Program-made: the position numbers and the translations under genes
Assembly: GCA_964016885.1 (NCBI GenBank)
Contig: OZ024761.1
Coordinates: 22,072,001-22,136,000, forward strand
Direction: 5' to 3'
Source of the DNA: Eledone cirrhosa
Lineage: Eukaryota
Length of the DNA stretch: 64,000 nt
Notes under the pieces: generated by a model
The model's input: the letters and a program-made list of their open reading frames with translations, nothing else
The model's database searches: none
Told to the model about the DNA's origin: nothing
In this document: in pieces, positions 12,022-25,485 of the stretch
Position numbering within the stretch: the first letter of the stretch is position 1
Layout: each line of letters starts with the position of its first letter

Positions 12022-13207
12022 GGGAGCACAGGTGACATGACTAAAAGTAGCCAGTCCTCCCTGTAGGGCAGGGAGCACAGGTGACATGACTAAAAGTAGC
12101 CAGTCGTCCCTGTAGGGCAGGGAGCACAGGTGACATGACTAAAAGTAGCCAGTCGTCCCTGTAGGGCAGGGAGCACAGGTGACATGACTAAAAGTAGCCA
12201 GTCCCTGTAGGGCAGATAGCACAGGTGACATGACTAAAAGTAGCCAGTCCTCCCTGTAGGGCAGGGAGCACAGGTGACATGACTAAAAGTAGCCAGTCGT
12301 CCCTGTAGGGCAGGGAGCACAGGTGACATGACTAAAAGTAGCCAGTCGTCCCTGTAGGGCAGGGAGCACAGGTGACATGACTAAAAGTAGCCAGTCGTCC
12401 CTGTAGGGCAGATAGCACAGGTGACATGACTAAAAGTAGCCAGTCCTCCCTGTAGGGCAGGGAGCACAGGTGACATGACTAAAAGTAGCCAGTCGTCCCT
12501 GTAGGGCAGGGAGCACAGGTGACATGACTAAAAGTAGCCAGTCGTCCCTGTAGGGCAGGGAGCACAGGTGACATGACTAAAAGTAGCCAGTCGTCCCTGT
12601 AGGGCAGGGAGCACAGGTGACATGACTAAAAGTAGCCAGTCCTCCCTGTAGGGCAGGGAGCACAGGTGACATGACTAAAAGTAGCCAGTCGTCCCTGTAG
12701 GGCAGGGAGCACAGGTGACATGACTAAAAGTAGCCAGTCGTCCCTGTAGGGCAGGGAGCACAGGTGACATGACTAAAAGTAGCCAGTCGTCCCTGTAGGG
12801 CAGATAGCACAGGTGACATGACTAAAAGTAGCCAGTCGTCCCTGTAGGGCAGGGAGCACAGGTGACATGACTAAAAGTAGCCAGTCGTCCCTGTAGGGCA
12901 GGGAGCACAGGTGACATGACTAAAAGTAGCCAGTCGTCCCTGTAGGGCAGGGAGCACAGGTGACATGACTAAAAGTAGCCAGTCGTCCCTGTAGGGCAGG
13001 GAGCACAGGTGACATGACTAAAAGTAGCCAGTCCTCCCTGTAGGGCAGGGAGCACAGGTGACATGACTAAAAGTAGCCAGTCGTCCCTGTAGGGCAGGGA
13101 GCACAGGTGACATGACTAAAAGTAGCCAGTCGTCCCTGTAGGGCAGGGAGCACAGGTGACATGACTAAAAGTAGCCAGTCGTCCCTGTAGGGCAGGGAGC
13201 ACAGGTG
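12022..13207 (+). repeat. 49-bp minisatellite, about 24 copies
   Basis: Unit gggagcacaggtgacatgactaaaagtagccagtcgtccctgtagggca; grades into SINE-domain sequence downstream. Confidence 0.95.
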
Positions 13208-13889
13208 TCAATGAAAAGCACCTAGTCCACTTTGCAAGGTGGCCTGGCATTAGAGAGGGCATCCACCCATAGAAAACCAAGCGAAATAGTCACCTGACCT
13301 GTCTAGCCTCATAATGTGACAGCCTGTCTAACCCATGCAATAATGGAAAATAGACATTAAACAGTGATAAGGATGATGTGAGGAAGGGCATCCAGCCACA
13401 GACATCATTCTAGAAGAGTCGAGAGAACTTTTCAATTAGGTGAATGTAATGGTAAACTCCCTAGAGTTAGTCTTAGGAATGTCATCTAGTTGTAGAAATC
13501 AAGCCAGAATCAGTTGTGTATGAGCAAGCCATGGACACCTGACCTGGCATTGCCCACAACAGGACAACTCATCTAACCCATACTAGCGTGGAAAAATAGA
13601 CATAAAATGGTGATGATGATGATAATGATGACGATTACTCTATATTTACTATTATATTTTCAAGGTAAAGGCTTTATCTCACAGAATATCGAATCTATGA
13701 GATTTTGATATTATTTATTTTGAGAACAATACCTTAACGTCAGTATGTGTAACCAGTTACAGCTGGTTTGAACAGAAAAAGGTGAGAGAATTCTGGCCGG
13801 ATATGGCTGGTTTAAATGCTAAAGAGTTAATATGGTGTAATGGGGTACAAGACATTAAGAAATCTATTGTTAATTCATTTGTTGTGTCT

Positions 13890-14280
13890 GTGAGATGTGC
13901 AATGCTGCATGGTAGTGAGACTTGGGCAGCAACTGCAGAGGATATGCGCCGGCTGGAGAGAAATGAAGCAAGCATGCTCCGTTGGATGTGCAATGTATGT
14001 GAATGACCAAGCATATATGAGTTGAGAGAGAAACTGGGTATAAGAGGGATAAGTTGTAGTGTGTGGGAGAGAAGACTGAGATGGTAAGAAATTTCGGTTG
14101 AAGGAAGACACAGTAGAGGAAGACCACGAAAAACATGGGCGGAGGTGGTGAGAGCAGACCTCAGATCACTGAAGCTCAGAGGAGATGACGAAGGACTGTG
14201 ACAAGTGGCGAGATGCTGTGCTGAATAGGACCCGTTCCACCCTTGCAAGCAGGGAAAAGCGGACGTAAAATGACGATGAT
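13890..14280 (+). mobile_element. RTE LINE family B 3' fragment
   Basis: [31 protein letters not shown] and RTE tail. Confidence 0.85.
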
Positions 14281-14358
14281 TGTTAATGTGTTTCATTATT
14301 CTATGTTTGTCCAAATTTCTAAATGAAATAATGTTTTCTTTGACCTGTTGTGTTTCAG

Positions 14359-14607
14359 GCCAGTAACCACTCCCTCCACCGTGGAGAACATTCAATGGAT
14401 CCAACCTACCCTCTTGACCTCAGTACTGATGCACTCTTTCCCTCAGCTATAGAAGACGGCATCGGAGATGATATTGGGGATGAAATGGATGATCTCCTCT
14501 CCATTTTCATTAATCCCATGAACGACGATAAAAACTCTGCTTCTGGTTCTCTTATTCATGGAGATGAAGGCTGCCAGTCACCTTCAAAGATGGGAGTCCC
14601 ATCAGCA
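14359..14607 (+). CDS. MED13: MED13 coding exon (acidic, variable)
   Basis: tttcag| ... GCA|gtaagt, phase 0/0, open D/E-rich frame. Confidence 0.82.
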
Positions 14608-14924
14608 GTAAGTAGTTCTCTCTTCTTCCTCCTCATTGCTCACTATCAGCTCTCACTCATTGCTGAGTATCAGCTCTCACTCATTGTTGAGTATCAGCTC
14701 TCACTCTTTGCTGTATACCAGCTCTCATTCATTGCTGAGTATTAGCTCTCACTCATTGCTGAGTATCAGATCTCATATATTGCTGAATATTTACTCTCAC
14801 TCATTGTTGAATATTTACTCTTCCTCATTGTTCTCTGAGTATTTCCTCTCACATACTACACGAACATCTCATGACAGCCCCACCAATCTCTTCAAAGATA
14901 AATGGTATGAAAGAATCACTTAAA

Positions 14925-15227
14925 CTACACTTTAGCCCCTCACTCAACACTTTAGTCCATCACTCAACACTTTAGCTCCTCACTCAACACTTTAGTCCAC
15001 CACTCAACACTTTAGCCCATCACTCAACTGTTTAGTCCACCACTCAACACTTTAGTCCATCACTCAACACTTTAGCCCCTCACTCAACACTTTAGCCCAT
15101 CACTCAACACTTTAGTTCATCACTCAACACTTTAGTCCATCACTCAACACTTTAGTCCATCAGTCAACACTTTAGTCCATCACTCAACACTTTAGCCCAT
15201 CACTCAACACTTTAGCCCATCACTCAA
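14925..15227 (+). repeat. 20-bp minisatellite
   Basis: cactttagtccatcactcaa, about 15 copies. Confidence 0.92.
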
Positions 15228-15268
15228 GCGTGTACATTAGTTTATATTGTTGTTGTGTTGTGTTTCAG

Positions 15269-15433
15269 GGAGCTGTTAACACATCTAGTGATCTTCAAGA
15301 GGAAGGTGGTACGTTGCTGCAACAACCTCTAGCAATGGGCTATTATGTGTCCACAGCTAGTACAGGACCACTACCCAAGTGGTTCTGGTCAGCATGTCCT
15401 GAAGCTGAAAATATGTGTCCAAATATACTCAAG
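15269..15433 (+). CDS. MED13: MED13 coding exon
   Basis: [29 protein letters not shown]; ag/gt flanks. Confidence 0.95.
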
Positions 15434-15491
15434 GTCAGTTAAACAACACTTCTTTCTTACCTTTTCTTACCTCTCAGAGACACAGGTCAGA

Positions 15492-15831
15492 TCCCACCCC
15501 CTTACAATACCCAGGTAACACTCCACTCCCTTACAATACCAGGTAACACCCCACCCCCTTACAATACCCAGGTAACACCCCACTCCCTTACAGTACCCAG
15601 GTAACACTCCACCCCCTTACAATACCAGGTAACACCCCACCCCCTTACAATACCCAGGTAACGCTCCACTCCCTTACAATACCCAGGTAACACTCCACCC
15701 CCTTACAATACCCAGGTAACACTCCGCTCCCTTACAATACCAGGTAACACCCCACCCCCTTACAATACCCAGGTAACACTCCACCCCCTTACAATACCCA
15801 GGTAACACTCCACCCCCTTACAATACCCAGG
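15492..15831 (+). repeat. 29-30-bp minisatellite
   Basis: ccacccccttacaatacccaggtaacact units. Confidence 0.9.
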
Positions 15832-16612
15832 AAAGGTATCCAGCTATAAAACATTGTCTCAAAAGGACCTTTTGGTGAATAAGAAACCTATAATGAGTTT
15901 CACAAGCTAACCCCTATTTGAGAGAAATGACCCTTACAACAATTGCTGCTGTTTTATTTTCTATATTTAATGGAAGATTTTTATGTCCTCCTTGATTGTA
16001 CTTTTTATTTATTTTTAATTTTTGTTGCAGTTTCTTAATATCTTGTAAGGATTTATCTATATGATAAATGCAGTCAGTACACTGTGTAAAGTGGTTGGAG
16101 ATAGGAAGGGCATCCAGCCGTAGGAAGCTTGCCAAACAAAGGGTTTTGAGGACCCTTCAGATGTGTCAAGGACATAACAACCTCACTAGTGTTGGTGCTA
16201 CAATAAAATACACTTGATAGAATATGGGACAGTCCTATGCGAGCAAGACAATCACTCTTGCCTCAAGTGGGACTACCCCCGTCCAAACCCATGCAAGCGT
16301 GGAACACGGACGTTAAACGCTGATGATGATGATGATGATGATATAAACGAGATGTAAACTCCCAGCTAGTCTGGGAGGTCAGTAGCCCCACTTCATTACT
16401 GACTGACCCATCCAACCTTTGCTGGCACTGAATGTGAACATTAAATGATGATATATAATAAACTGTCTTGTACTTTTCCAGAATATCTTTACTGTGAAGA
16501 TTTACAGTATTAGAGTAAAAACTTTAATATTTAATATTTAACATGATAGTCATAATGGTGTTTTGTACTTTTCTGGAATGACTTTTTAATGGCTGTATAA
16601 TTTCTGTTGCAG

Positions 16613-16725
16613 GCTGCATTACACACACATTGTTCATCAAAACAAGATGATCCTCTTCCTCTTCAGTCAACACATAGTAGAAACATTCATCCCCTTGATT
16701 CGAATCTAACCTGTGATGTTTTGAG
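16613..16725 (+). CDS. MED13: MED13 coding exon
   Basis: AALHTH...HPLDSNLTCDVLR; ttgcag| and AG|gtaag. Confidence 0.93.
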
Positions 16726-17194
16726 GTAAGTTTCAACCATTCACCATCAACATCATTGTTTAAAGTATATTTTCCATGCTTTGCATCACTTAAATGGGTT
16801 GTTAGGTTTGAAGCCTGACATATTGGGTTACCAATGAAATGCCTTGTGGTATTTGTTGCAGCTCTTTATGTTCCGAGTTCAAATCCTATCCAAGTCAACT
16901 TTGTTGTCCTTCCTTCTGGGGTTGATGAAATCAAGTGTTCCCCATCTCTCGGCAAATGTTGGCCTTATGCCTAAATTATATGAATTGACCTGTAGCTCCT
17001 GATATAGTTGTAGGGATGCTACCATGACATACTGTGTCTTGAGTACTCTAAACTTGGCACATCCCCTTTTCAGGCCTTATGCCTAAATTAGAAATCAATA
17101 TTGTTAAAAAGCAAATTTTCTTCTATTAATTATTTTCTGTTTTCTTACGAGGTTGATAAAATAAAATACCAGTAATGCACTGGGGTTGATTTAA

Positions 17195-17411
17195 CCCTTT
17201 TGCATTTACATTACTCTATATGTACTATTGTATATTTGTGGGAAAGGCTTCACCTCCTATAATATCTCACATAACATTGAATCTATTTGATTTTGATATT
17301 ATTTATGAGAACAATACCTTAACATCAGTATCAGTGGCTGGTTACAGCCGGTTTGAACAGAAAGAGGTGAGAGAATTCTAGCTGGATATGGCCGGTTTAA
17401 ATGCTAAAGGG
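17195..17411 (+). mobile_element. piggyBac-like MITE nested in a SINE
   Basis: TTAA|CCCTTT...AAAGGG|TTGA splits SINE sequence ggggttgatttaa/ttgactttcccc. Confidence 0.75.
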
Positions 17412-17497
17412 TTGACTTTCCCCTCCCCACCAACATTGTTGGCCTTGTTCCTAAATCAGAAACCATTGACTGTATTCTATTTTCTTTGTTTTTCTAG

Positions 17498-17630
17498 ATT
17501 TGTTTTGGAAAACTACAATGCCTTGTCCTGGTTGAGCATGGACCCAGTTAAAAATGACCGTCAGTCATGTTTGCCTGTGCACTTTGTTATGTTGATGCAG
17601 ATGTACCATGCAATTAATGCATTTGTATGA
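17498..17630 (+). CDS. MED13: MED13 last coding exon
   Basis: [29 protein letters not shown]...AFV* matches the MED13 C-terminus. Confidence 0.95.
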
Positions 17631-17989
17631 CATAGTATCGGCAGGAGGAGGAAGAAACGGCGCAAGAAGAAGATGAAGAAACTCTGAAGACAAACTACAC
17701 ACTGAGCACAACCCAACAGGGCCCTCTCGCCCAAGCTACACATTGGGCAGAACTTATGATGGCCCTTGAGCTACACTGAGCAGAAATCATGAGGGCCCTC
17801 TCCCAAGCTACATTGAGCAGAACTTATGTGGGCCCTTCCCAAAGCTTCACTGAGCAGAACTTATGAGGGTACTCTCCCTAGCTGCACTGAGCAGAACTTA
17901 AGAGGGCCAAAACATCATAATAATATTACTCAAAACGAGCAGCAGTAGTTTTTACACTGAAACTTCTCGATCCTTTGAAAATTATATAG

Positions 17990-18270
17990 TGAGGGTGCGT
18001 GGCCTTGTGGTTAGGGTGTTGGGGGCTCACACTCATAACGTCATGGGTTTGATTCCTCACTCTCTAGGGCATCGTGTTGTGTTCTTGAGCAAGACACTTC
18101 ATTGCACATTGCTGCAGTCCACTCAACTGATGACCAGCAGAAGCAGCTCTGGGGGTTGTTGAACCTATGGTGGACTGGTGTCCTGTTGAAGGTCGGAGCC
18201 TCATACTCGGTTGTTTAATGCCACATGAAACAAGGATAAGCTCTGGCTCTGATGAGCCTGGAACAGACTT
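17990..18270 (+). mobile_element. tRNA SINE with Meta-like domain downstream of the MED13 stop
   Basis: tRNA-like head, gtggactggtgtcctgt...gaaacaaggataagctctggctctgatgagcc; domain name from recall. Confidence 0.6.
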
Positions 18271-18347
18271 TAATTATTTGACGTTTTATATATATATATA
18301 TATATATGCACTCACACACACACACATGTATATATGTGTGTGTGTAA

Positions 18348-18387
<40 letters not shown>

Positions 18388-19459
18388 GTACATATATGAT
18401 AGAGCAAATAGAAAGAAAAAAAAATCAACAGAAACTTACCGATATGCGATGGTTTCCAGTCTGGTTTGGGTTGTCATTATGGGTGTGGCTTATATATTGC
18501 CAGTGGATCCTATAGTTTGTCTGTTCTCTCTCTCTCACACTCTCTCTCTCTTTCTCTATCTCCTCCCCCTGCCAACAGAATTGTTTAAACAATGTGGTTA
18601 TTTAGTGACAACTTTCCAACAACAGTTGATCTGTATAAATGTGTACAACATGCCAACAACAGTTGATCTGTATAAATGTGTACAAAAACCCCCAACATAA
18701 ACACAAACATAGTCTCTCATATTTCAATCTTTTTCATTTCTTAAAAATTATTATATTTTTTTTCAACAATTTCACATCTTTTTTTTTTTTAAAGAAAAAA
18801 AAAAAACCCTCTACTAACCTAACACCTGTCTTTATTTTATTTTTATTTTTCGTTTTGTTTTATATCAACTGCCCCTCTTCCCCCCATCCCAATCTGTTTT
18901 GCTTCATCATGCCCCCGGTTGTGTCTGAAGAAAAGAAATGTTTTTTTTTTTTTTGTTTTTTTTTTTTAGCAGGGATCACAAAACCGACTTGTATATAAAT
19001 ATATAAAATAGGGTTTTTGGTCCCTCCCCCACCTCCAAACCCCATCCTTCTCCTCATCAATATCATCATCATCATCACCATCATCATCATCATAATAATA
19101 ATGTTTCTCTCCCCTTCCTCCACCTCCACCCAACAAAGAAAGAAAGGTTTCTCTGAGATAAAGGTTATTAAAAAAATAAAAAACAGAAAACAAAAAAATT
19201 ATTTTCACCTTCAATGAACAACAACAACAACAACAATAACAACAATAATAATAATAATGATAATAATAAAAATATTGTTGGGTTGATATGATAACCTTGT
19301 CGTATTCATACCTTCTCCTCCTCCCCTTCCTCATCAACATCATCATCATCATCATATATAGTCCAGTCATTTATTTAATGTTTCTTCAACTTTATTTCCG
19401 AAACTTTTATCTTTTCCCCACTAAATCCTCACCAATTAAAAACAATTATTATCATTGTA

Positions 19460-19501
<42 letters not shown>

Positions 19502-19615
19502 TACTGCTTAATATTTGACCCCCCCCCCCTCTCCTATACTCATGATTATTATTTGTATTATCCTATGTTTACCACTAACTACTCTACAGTCAACATCATT
19601 GATAAAAGTTTCATC

Positions 19616-19651
<36 letters not shown>

Positions 19652-19874
19652 CACACACACACATACATATGAGTATATTATGTATATATATGTATGTATA
19701 TTTAACTCATAGGTTAATACTTTAATCCTAGGATTAAGTCGACCAGTCATACGTGAAAGGACTCAATACTAAAAAGAAAGTGTAGAGCAGTTGAAATTTA
19801 TTTACTTTTATGTTCAGGAGTTTTACCGAAGTCCTTTTGTTTCTAATCTAAATTATATTATCTCTTCAACAAAT

Positions 19875-20420
19875 TGATATGTGTGTGTAGACGAGAGATA
19901 TATGGTGTGTGTGTGTAGACGAGAGATATATGCTGTGTGTGTAGACGAGAGATATATGCTGTGTGTGTAGAGTGATATATGGTGTGTGTGTAGACGAGAG
20001 ATATATGGTGTGTGTGTAGATGAGAGATATATGCTGTGTGTGTAGATGAGAGATATATGGTGTGTGTGTAGAGAGATATATGGTGTGTGTGTAGATTAGA
20101 GATATATGGTGTGTGTGTAGATGAGAGATATATGGTGTGTGTGTAGATGAGAGATATATGGTGTGTGTGTAGACGAGAGATATATGGTGTGTATGTGTAG
20201 ACGAGAGATATATGGTGTGTGTGTGTAGACAAGAGATATATGGTGTGTGTGTGTAGACAAGAGATATGTGGTGTGTGTGTAGACTAGAGATATATGGTGT
20301 GTGTGTAGATGAGAGATATATGGTGTATGTGTAGATGAGAGATATTTGGTGTGTGTGTGTGTAGACAAGACATATGTGGTGTGTGTGTGTGTGTAGATGA
20401 GAGATATATGGTGTGTGTAT
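19875..20420. repeat. ~24-28-bp minisatellite
   Basis: gtgtgtagaYgagagatatatggtgt units. Confidence 0.9.
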
Positions 20421-21991
20421 CTAACCAGATATACAAGTGTGTGTATATATAAACGATAAGAGATACAAGATATGTATGTCTGTGTGTCACCAAGATACAA
20501 GGTTGTGTGTGTGTAAACAAGAGATATAGAAAAAAGCAGGAACACGATTCTGTAGGTATCTCACTCAACACGATTTATAAATTGAATATAACCTGTTTCA
20601 CCAGGGTCCCACATACATTAAAAGGTATAAAACTCTTCTTCGGAGCGGTAGTGGTTTATGATGAAATTTCTAAGTTAAAAAAAAAAAAAGAAAAGCTAAT
20701 TAAGGGGAGTTAACTCCAGGAAGTTTAAGTTTGATAACCTTGTTATTTTAAATTTCTTATATAACTGGAAATGTCGTCATCATTATCATCATCATCATCA
20801 TCTTCATCATCATTATTATTATTATAAAATGAAATACCAGTCACGTACTGGGGTCGATTTATTCGACCAACCCCAATCCTTCCTCCCTCGCCCCAAATTT
20901 CCCGGCCTTGTGCCTATGCTAGAAACAATTATTATTATTATTTTTATTATAAAATCTTTTTTTTCACATTGTTTTAAATATTTTTGCTGTTAACTCAGTC
21001 AAAAAAATGAAATAGGAAAGTTACATTATATTTTCCCCCCATAAATATATATATAAATATATATATAAAAAATATATATATATATATATATACACAATTT
21101 TTTTTTATACTTCTTCAAATATAGGTTTTGATTCTTGAACAAACAAAAAAATTACATTTTAATAAAAATAAAAAAAATACAACAATTAAAGTTTTTTTTT
21201 TTTTTTTAATCATTAAAATTGTTTTATTTACTTCAGCAAGATGTAAGGTAATGGAAGATTTTTTATTGTGTATTTGCTTCATCCATCTTTGAAATATGTT
21301 ATTGTTGTCAGAATATGTTGAGAACTGGACAGATATGGAACAGTATTTCATCCAGATGTTGATATTTTCACTTGAGATTGTGTCACGGTCAACTTTACCT
21401 TGATGTAACAATCAAGCTGGGGGAGGCTGGTGGGTGATATAATTGACCTTCTCCCTCCTTATTAACCATTATTGTAACACCAACAGTATGCTTTATGGCA
21501 TAGAGTTACTATCCTTTACGTTCTGAGTTCAAATCCGTTTGAGGTTAACTTTGCCTTTCATTCTTACAGGGTTGATTTAATTAACTTTCTCCTTCCCCCA
21601 AAATTGCTGGCCTTGTAGAAATCATTATTGTTACAGCAACCCAGCTGTTGGTCACACAGTAAAATGAATGACTTTTCTTCCAGCTCTGTGAAATGTGTAT
21701 TCAACTTTGACTTTCATCCATTTAAGGTTGATAAAATACAAACCCTGAGAGAGTCAGAGAGGATACTTGCAGCAACTGTTATCTTTTGAGTCGTTCTCAG
21801 GTCATCAAATCATGCTTGTTCTCACCAGAATAGCACTGGTTCTTTTGCCAGGAACTGACAGACAACAGTATCGTCAATGGAAACATTGTTTCCTTGGCCT
21901 GATCTGATGGTCAGCTTCTTTCTTCTACAAAGAGGTATGACTGACAGTATCAACTATAGAAAGAGCAACAGAAATATTGATATTAATAGAG

Positions 21992-22570
21992 GAAGACCTG
22001 CACGATTTCTTTCCCTTTGGTTTTTATACAGATTTTTTCAAACTTTTACAACACAATGACACAAAGTCTTTACTTTGTTGCTCTACCAGCTAAAATATCT
22101 CATACAAAATAAATAAATGGATGAAACTAGACTAATAAACACCAACGTATTCTCCTTAATTACATTCACAACTATTTAATAAGACATTGCTGGTGAAATA
22201 TGACGAAAAAAATGGAAAAGTTAAACTTCGTAGAAATCAGGTAAGTTATATTTCTATATCACACATAATACTATAGATATATGTATATAATTTCAAAGGG
22301 AAGTAAATCTTGGTCCTTACAGACGAAGACCTACATGATTTCTTTCCCCTTGACTTTTACACAAATTTGATTAAACGTTTACAGCACAACGACACCGAGG
22401 CTCGACTTTGTTGCTCTACCAGCTAAAATATCTCGTACAAAGTAAATAAATGGATGAAACTAGACTAACATATCCCAACGTATTCACATTGATTCCATTC
22501 ACAATTATTTAATAAGACATTGCTGGTGAAACATGACGATAGAAAGGTTAAACTTCGAAGAAATCAGGTA
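21992..22570 (+). repeat. Diverged direct duplication of about 250 bp
   Basis: gaagacct...agaaatcaggta at about 21992-22243 and 22325-22570. Confidence 0.85.
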
Positions 22571-23149
22571 TAAAAAACAGTTTTCTCAGCAGACGATAAT
22601 TACGTGTGTATATGTATATGTGTTTGTGTGTATATGTATATATGTGTGTGTGTCAGAGTATATATAGGTTTGTGTATATATGGGTTTCTGTGTGTGTGTG
22701 TTTATCCATATGTACGTGTCTATATATGTGTTGATGTGACCGTGTGTGTGTCTATATGTACATGTGTTTATGTGCGTATGTTTGTCCATGTGTTCGTGTC
22801 TATATATATGTGTGTTTGTTTCTCTATATGTACATGTGTTTATGTGTGTGTGTTTGTCCATGTGTTCGTGTCTATATATATGTGTGTGTGTGTGTTTCTC
22901 TATATGTATATGTGTGTGTGTTAGTCTATATGTACATGTGTCGATATGTACAGACCTGAATTCTCACGTCACTAACTCTCCCTCCCAACTTGCTACTCCA
23001 GTCAATATGTCTACTCCTCCTTCTCTCCACATCGTAACTCGCCTCTCTCACTGTCTGTCTTTTACTCTCCTCCCTCTCGATATAAGTTGTCAAACATAAC
23101 ATAGCACCAACGAACAACGATGATCAGGGTGATAGCTACACACACACAG

Positions 23150-23304
23150 AGGTAAAATTCCGTTATAACGAATTTTTCAATATAACGAAATGTTTTTAAT
23201 CCCCGGCCACACGCTCGGTGTTAGGTCGATCTTATTATAAAGAATTTTTCATTACAACATTTATTTTTATACCCCGTGAATTCCGTTATAACGGAATTTC
23301 ACTG
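23150..23304. mobile_element. pogo/Tigger-like MITE
   Basis: TIR aggtaaaattccgttataacg / cgttataacggaatttcactg|TA; left end degenerate. Confidence 0.6.
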
Positions 23305-23642
23305 TATATATATATATTTATTATTATTACTATATTATATATATATATAATATAGTAATAATAATAAATTTGAAGACTAAAATCCAAAGAGGGCTCGATA
23401 AGGATAAATATATATCAAATATATAAGAACCGTAGAGCAAAGATTTATTAAAATAATTTTTATATATATATATATTTATTAAAATAACAGATTAAAGTTT
23501 AAGCAAAGAATCGCTGCTTTCACCCTTAATGGGATCTTCTGAGTTTTTCATTACAACAAGTTTCAGAAGATCCCGTTAAGGGTGAAAGCAGCGATTCTTT
23601 GCTTAAACTTTAATCTGTTATTTTAATAAATATTTATATAAT

Positions 23643-23978
23643 GGAGGCACATGGCTTAGTGGTTAGAGCATTGGCCTTGCAATCGAAAGGTTGTGAGTTC
23701 AATTCTCAGACCGGGTGATGTGTTGTTTCTTTGAGCAAGACACTTTATTTCACATTGCTCCAGTTTACTCAGCTGTAGAAATGAGATGATAGGGACTGGG
23801 GTCCCTATCATTCCACTGCAAAGTGGTTGTGGAGGTGCCACGGCAAAAAAGCACCCAGCACTCACTGTAAATGAGGTTGGTGTTAGGAAGGGCATCCAGC
23901 TGTAGAAATCAAGCCAGAATCAGTTCCCGTCCCACCCTTGTAAACAGGGAAAAGCGGACGTAAAATGATGATGATGAT
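23643..23978 (+). mobile_element. tRNA SINE with RTE family B tail
   Basis: Near-identical to 9156-9490; interrupts one arm of a foldback. Confidence 0.88.
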
Positions 23979-24245
23979 ACTAAAATTATTTTAATAAATC
24001 TTTGCTATATGGTTCTTGTATATTTGATATATATTTATCCTTATCGAGCCCTCTTTGGATGATTTCTCCCGAATGAAACGGTTCTAGTCCTGTAGAAGCC
24101 TTTACTATATATATATATATTGATCAACAGTATGACCTCGGGTGATGGCAAGGCTGAGGTGTTGGAACAGCCAACCACCCTCACGAGCATCACCACTTAC
24201 CTCGGTTAGGCGAGCCGCTACGATTCGAGAAAGAAGAAAATAAAA

Positions 24246-24431
24246 ATATGAGAAAGGCTTTTAATGTTTTCAAATATGTTTATTCCATTTGTCAAAAACA
24301 ATGTTGACAGACTAAAATGAAAACAACTTCGTACAAACGATCAGCAGACGACATAAGATATTGTTTATGTGTCTATATGTAAGTCGGTCAGTATGTATAC
24401 CTTTTACTGTGCATGTATGCATTTCTGTGTG

Positions 24432-24494
<63 letters not shown>

Positions 24495-24820
24495 GTATAC
24501 ATACTTACATTTATATATATCTCTATATATATATATATATATATATACGTATACATACTTACATTTATATATATCTATATATATATATAGATATATATAA
24601 ATGTAAGTATGTATACGTATATATATATATACAGACACACACACACACAGAAATGCATACATGCACAGTAAAAGGTATACATACTGACCGACTTACATAT
24701 AGACACATAAACAATATCTTATGTCGTCTGCTGACCGTTTGTACGAAGTTGTTTTCATTTTAGTCTGTCAACATTGTTTTTGACAAATGGAATAAACATA
24801 TTTGAAAACATTAAAGCCTT

Positions 24821-24828
<8 letters not shown>
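24246..24828. repeat. Near-perfect foldback (inverted duplication) centred on (TA)n
   Basis: About 190-bp unique arms that are reverse complements of each other. Confidence 0.92.
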
Positions 24829-24876
<48 letters not shown>

Positions 24877-25485
24877 GTAAGTTTTCTTCGTTTTTTCCGT
24901 TCATTGCCTGAGAACGTCTCTATGAACCACCTAAGAGAATATTAGTCTACGACTTCTTTTATACCATTAACGTGGTTTTGTCTTTGCGTGTAATTGTTTT
25001 CACCGGTCCAAGTAATTGTTTCTACTTTAGGCACAAGGCCAGCAACTACCCAGTGCATTACTGGTACTTTATTTTATCGACCCCGTAAGGATGAAAGGCA
25101 AAGTCAACCTCCAAATAATGACGTATTATATTCGTTTTTTCCCGTTCTTTGCCAGGGAACGTTTCCACGAACCAAAGTATCATCTTCCTGTCTTCCTCCG
25201 GTTGCAACGTTTTTTTGAAATATTTACTTCTGCGTTCACAGATTGTCTTTGTTAGTGTCAGAAGATCCCGTTAAGGGTGAAAGCAGCGATTCTTTGCTTA
25301 AACTTTAATCTGTTATTTTAATAAATATATATATGTGGTGTGTGTGTGTGTGTGTGTGCATGTGTGAGTGAATGTGTATAATCATACTACACCACATAGC
25401 ACTATATATATTACACCACACCACACCATCTGTTACAATAAATGGATCTCATTTTATTTGACTTAAACATCTTACAAGGTAATAA

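Noticed and set aside
12022-13207. Regular arrays resembling CRISPR (also 28118-28720 and 37418-38577)
   Set aside because: Head-to-tail units with no unique spacers, no cas genes, eukaryotic context
23563-23600. cagaaga-tcccgttaagggt-gaaa family (also 25259, 39579, 52970) as a hammerhead
   Set aside because: Core is CAGAAGA in all copies and no stem I, stem III or NUH can be formed
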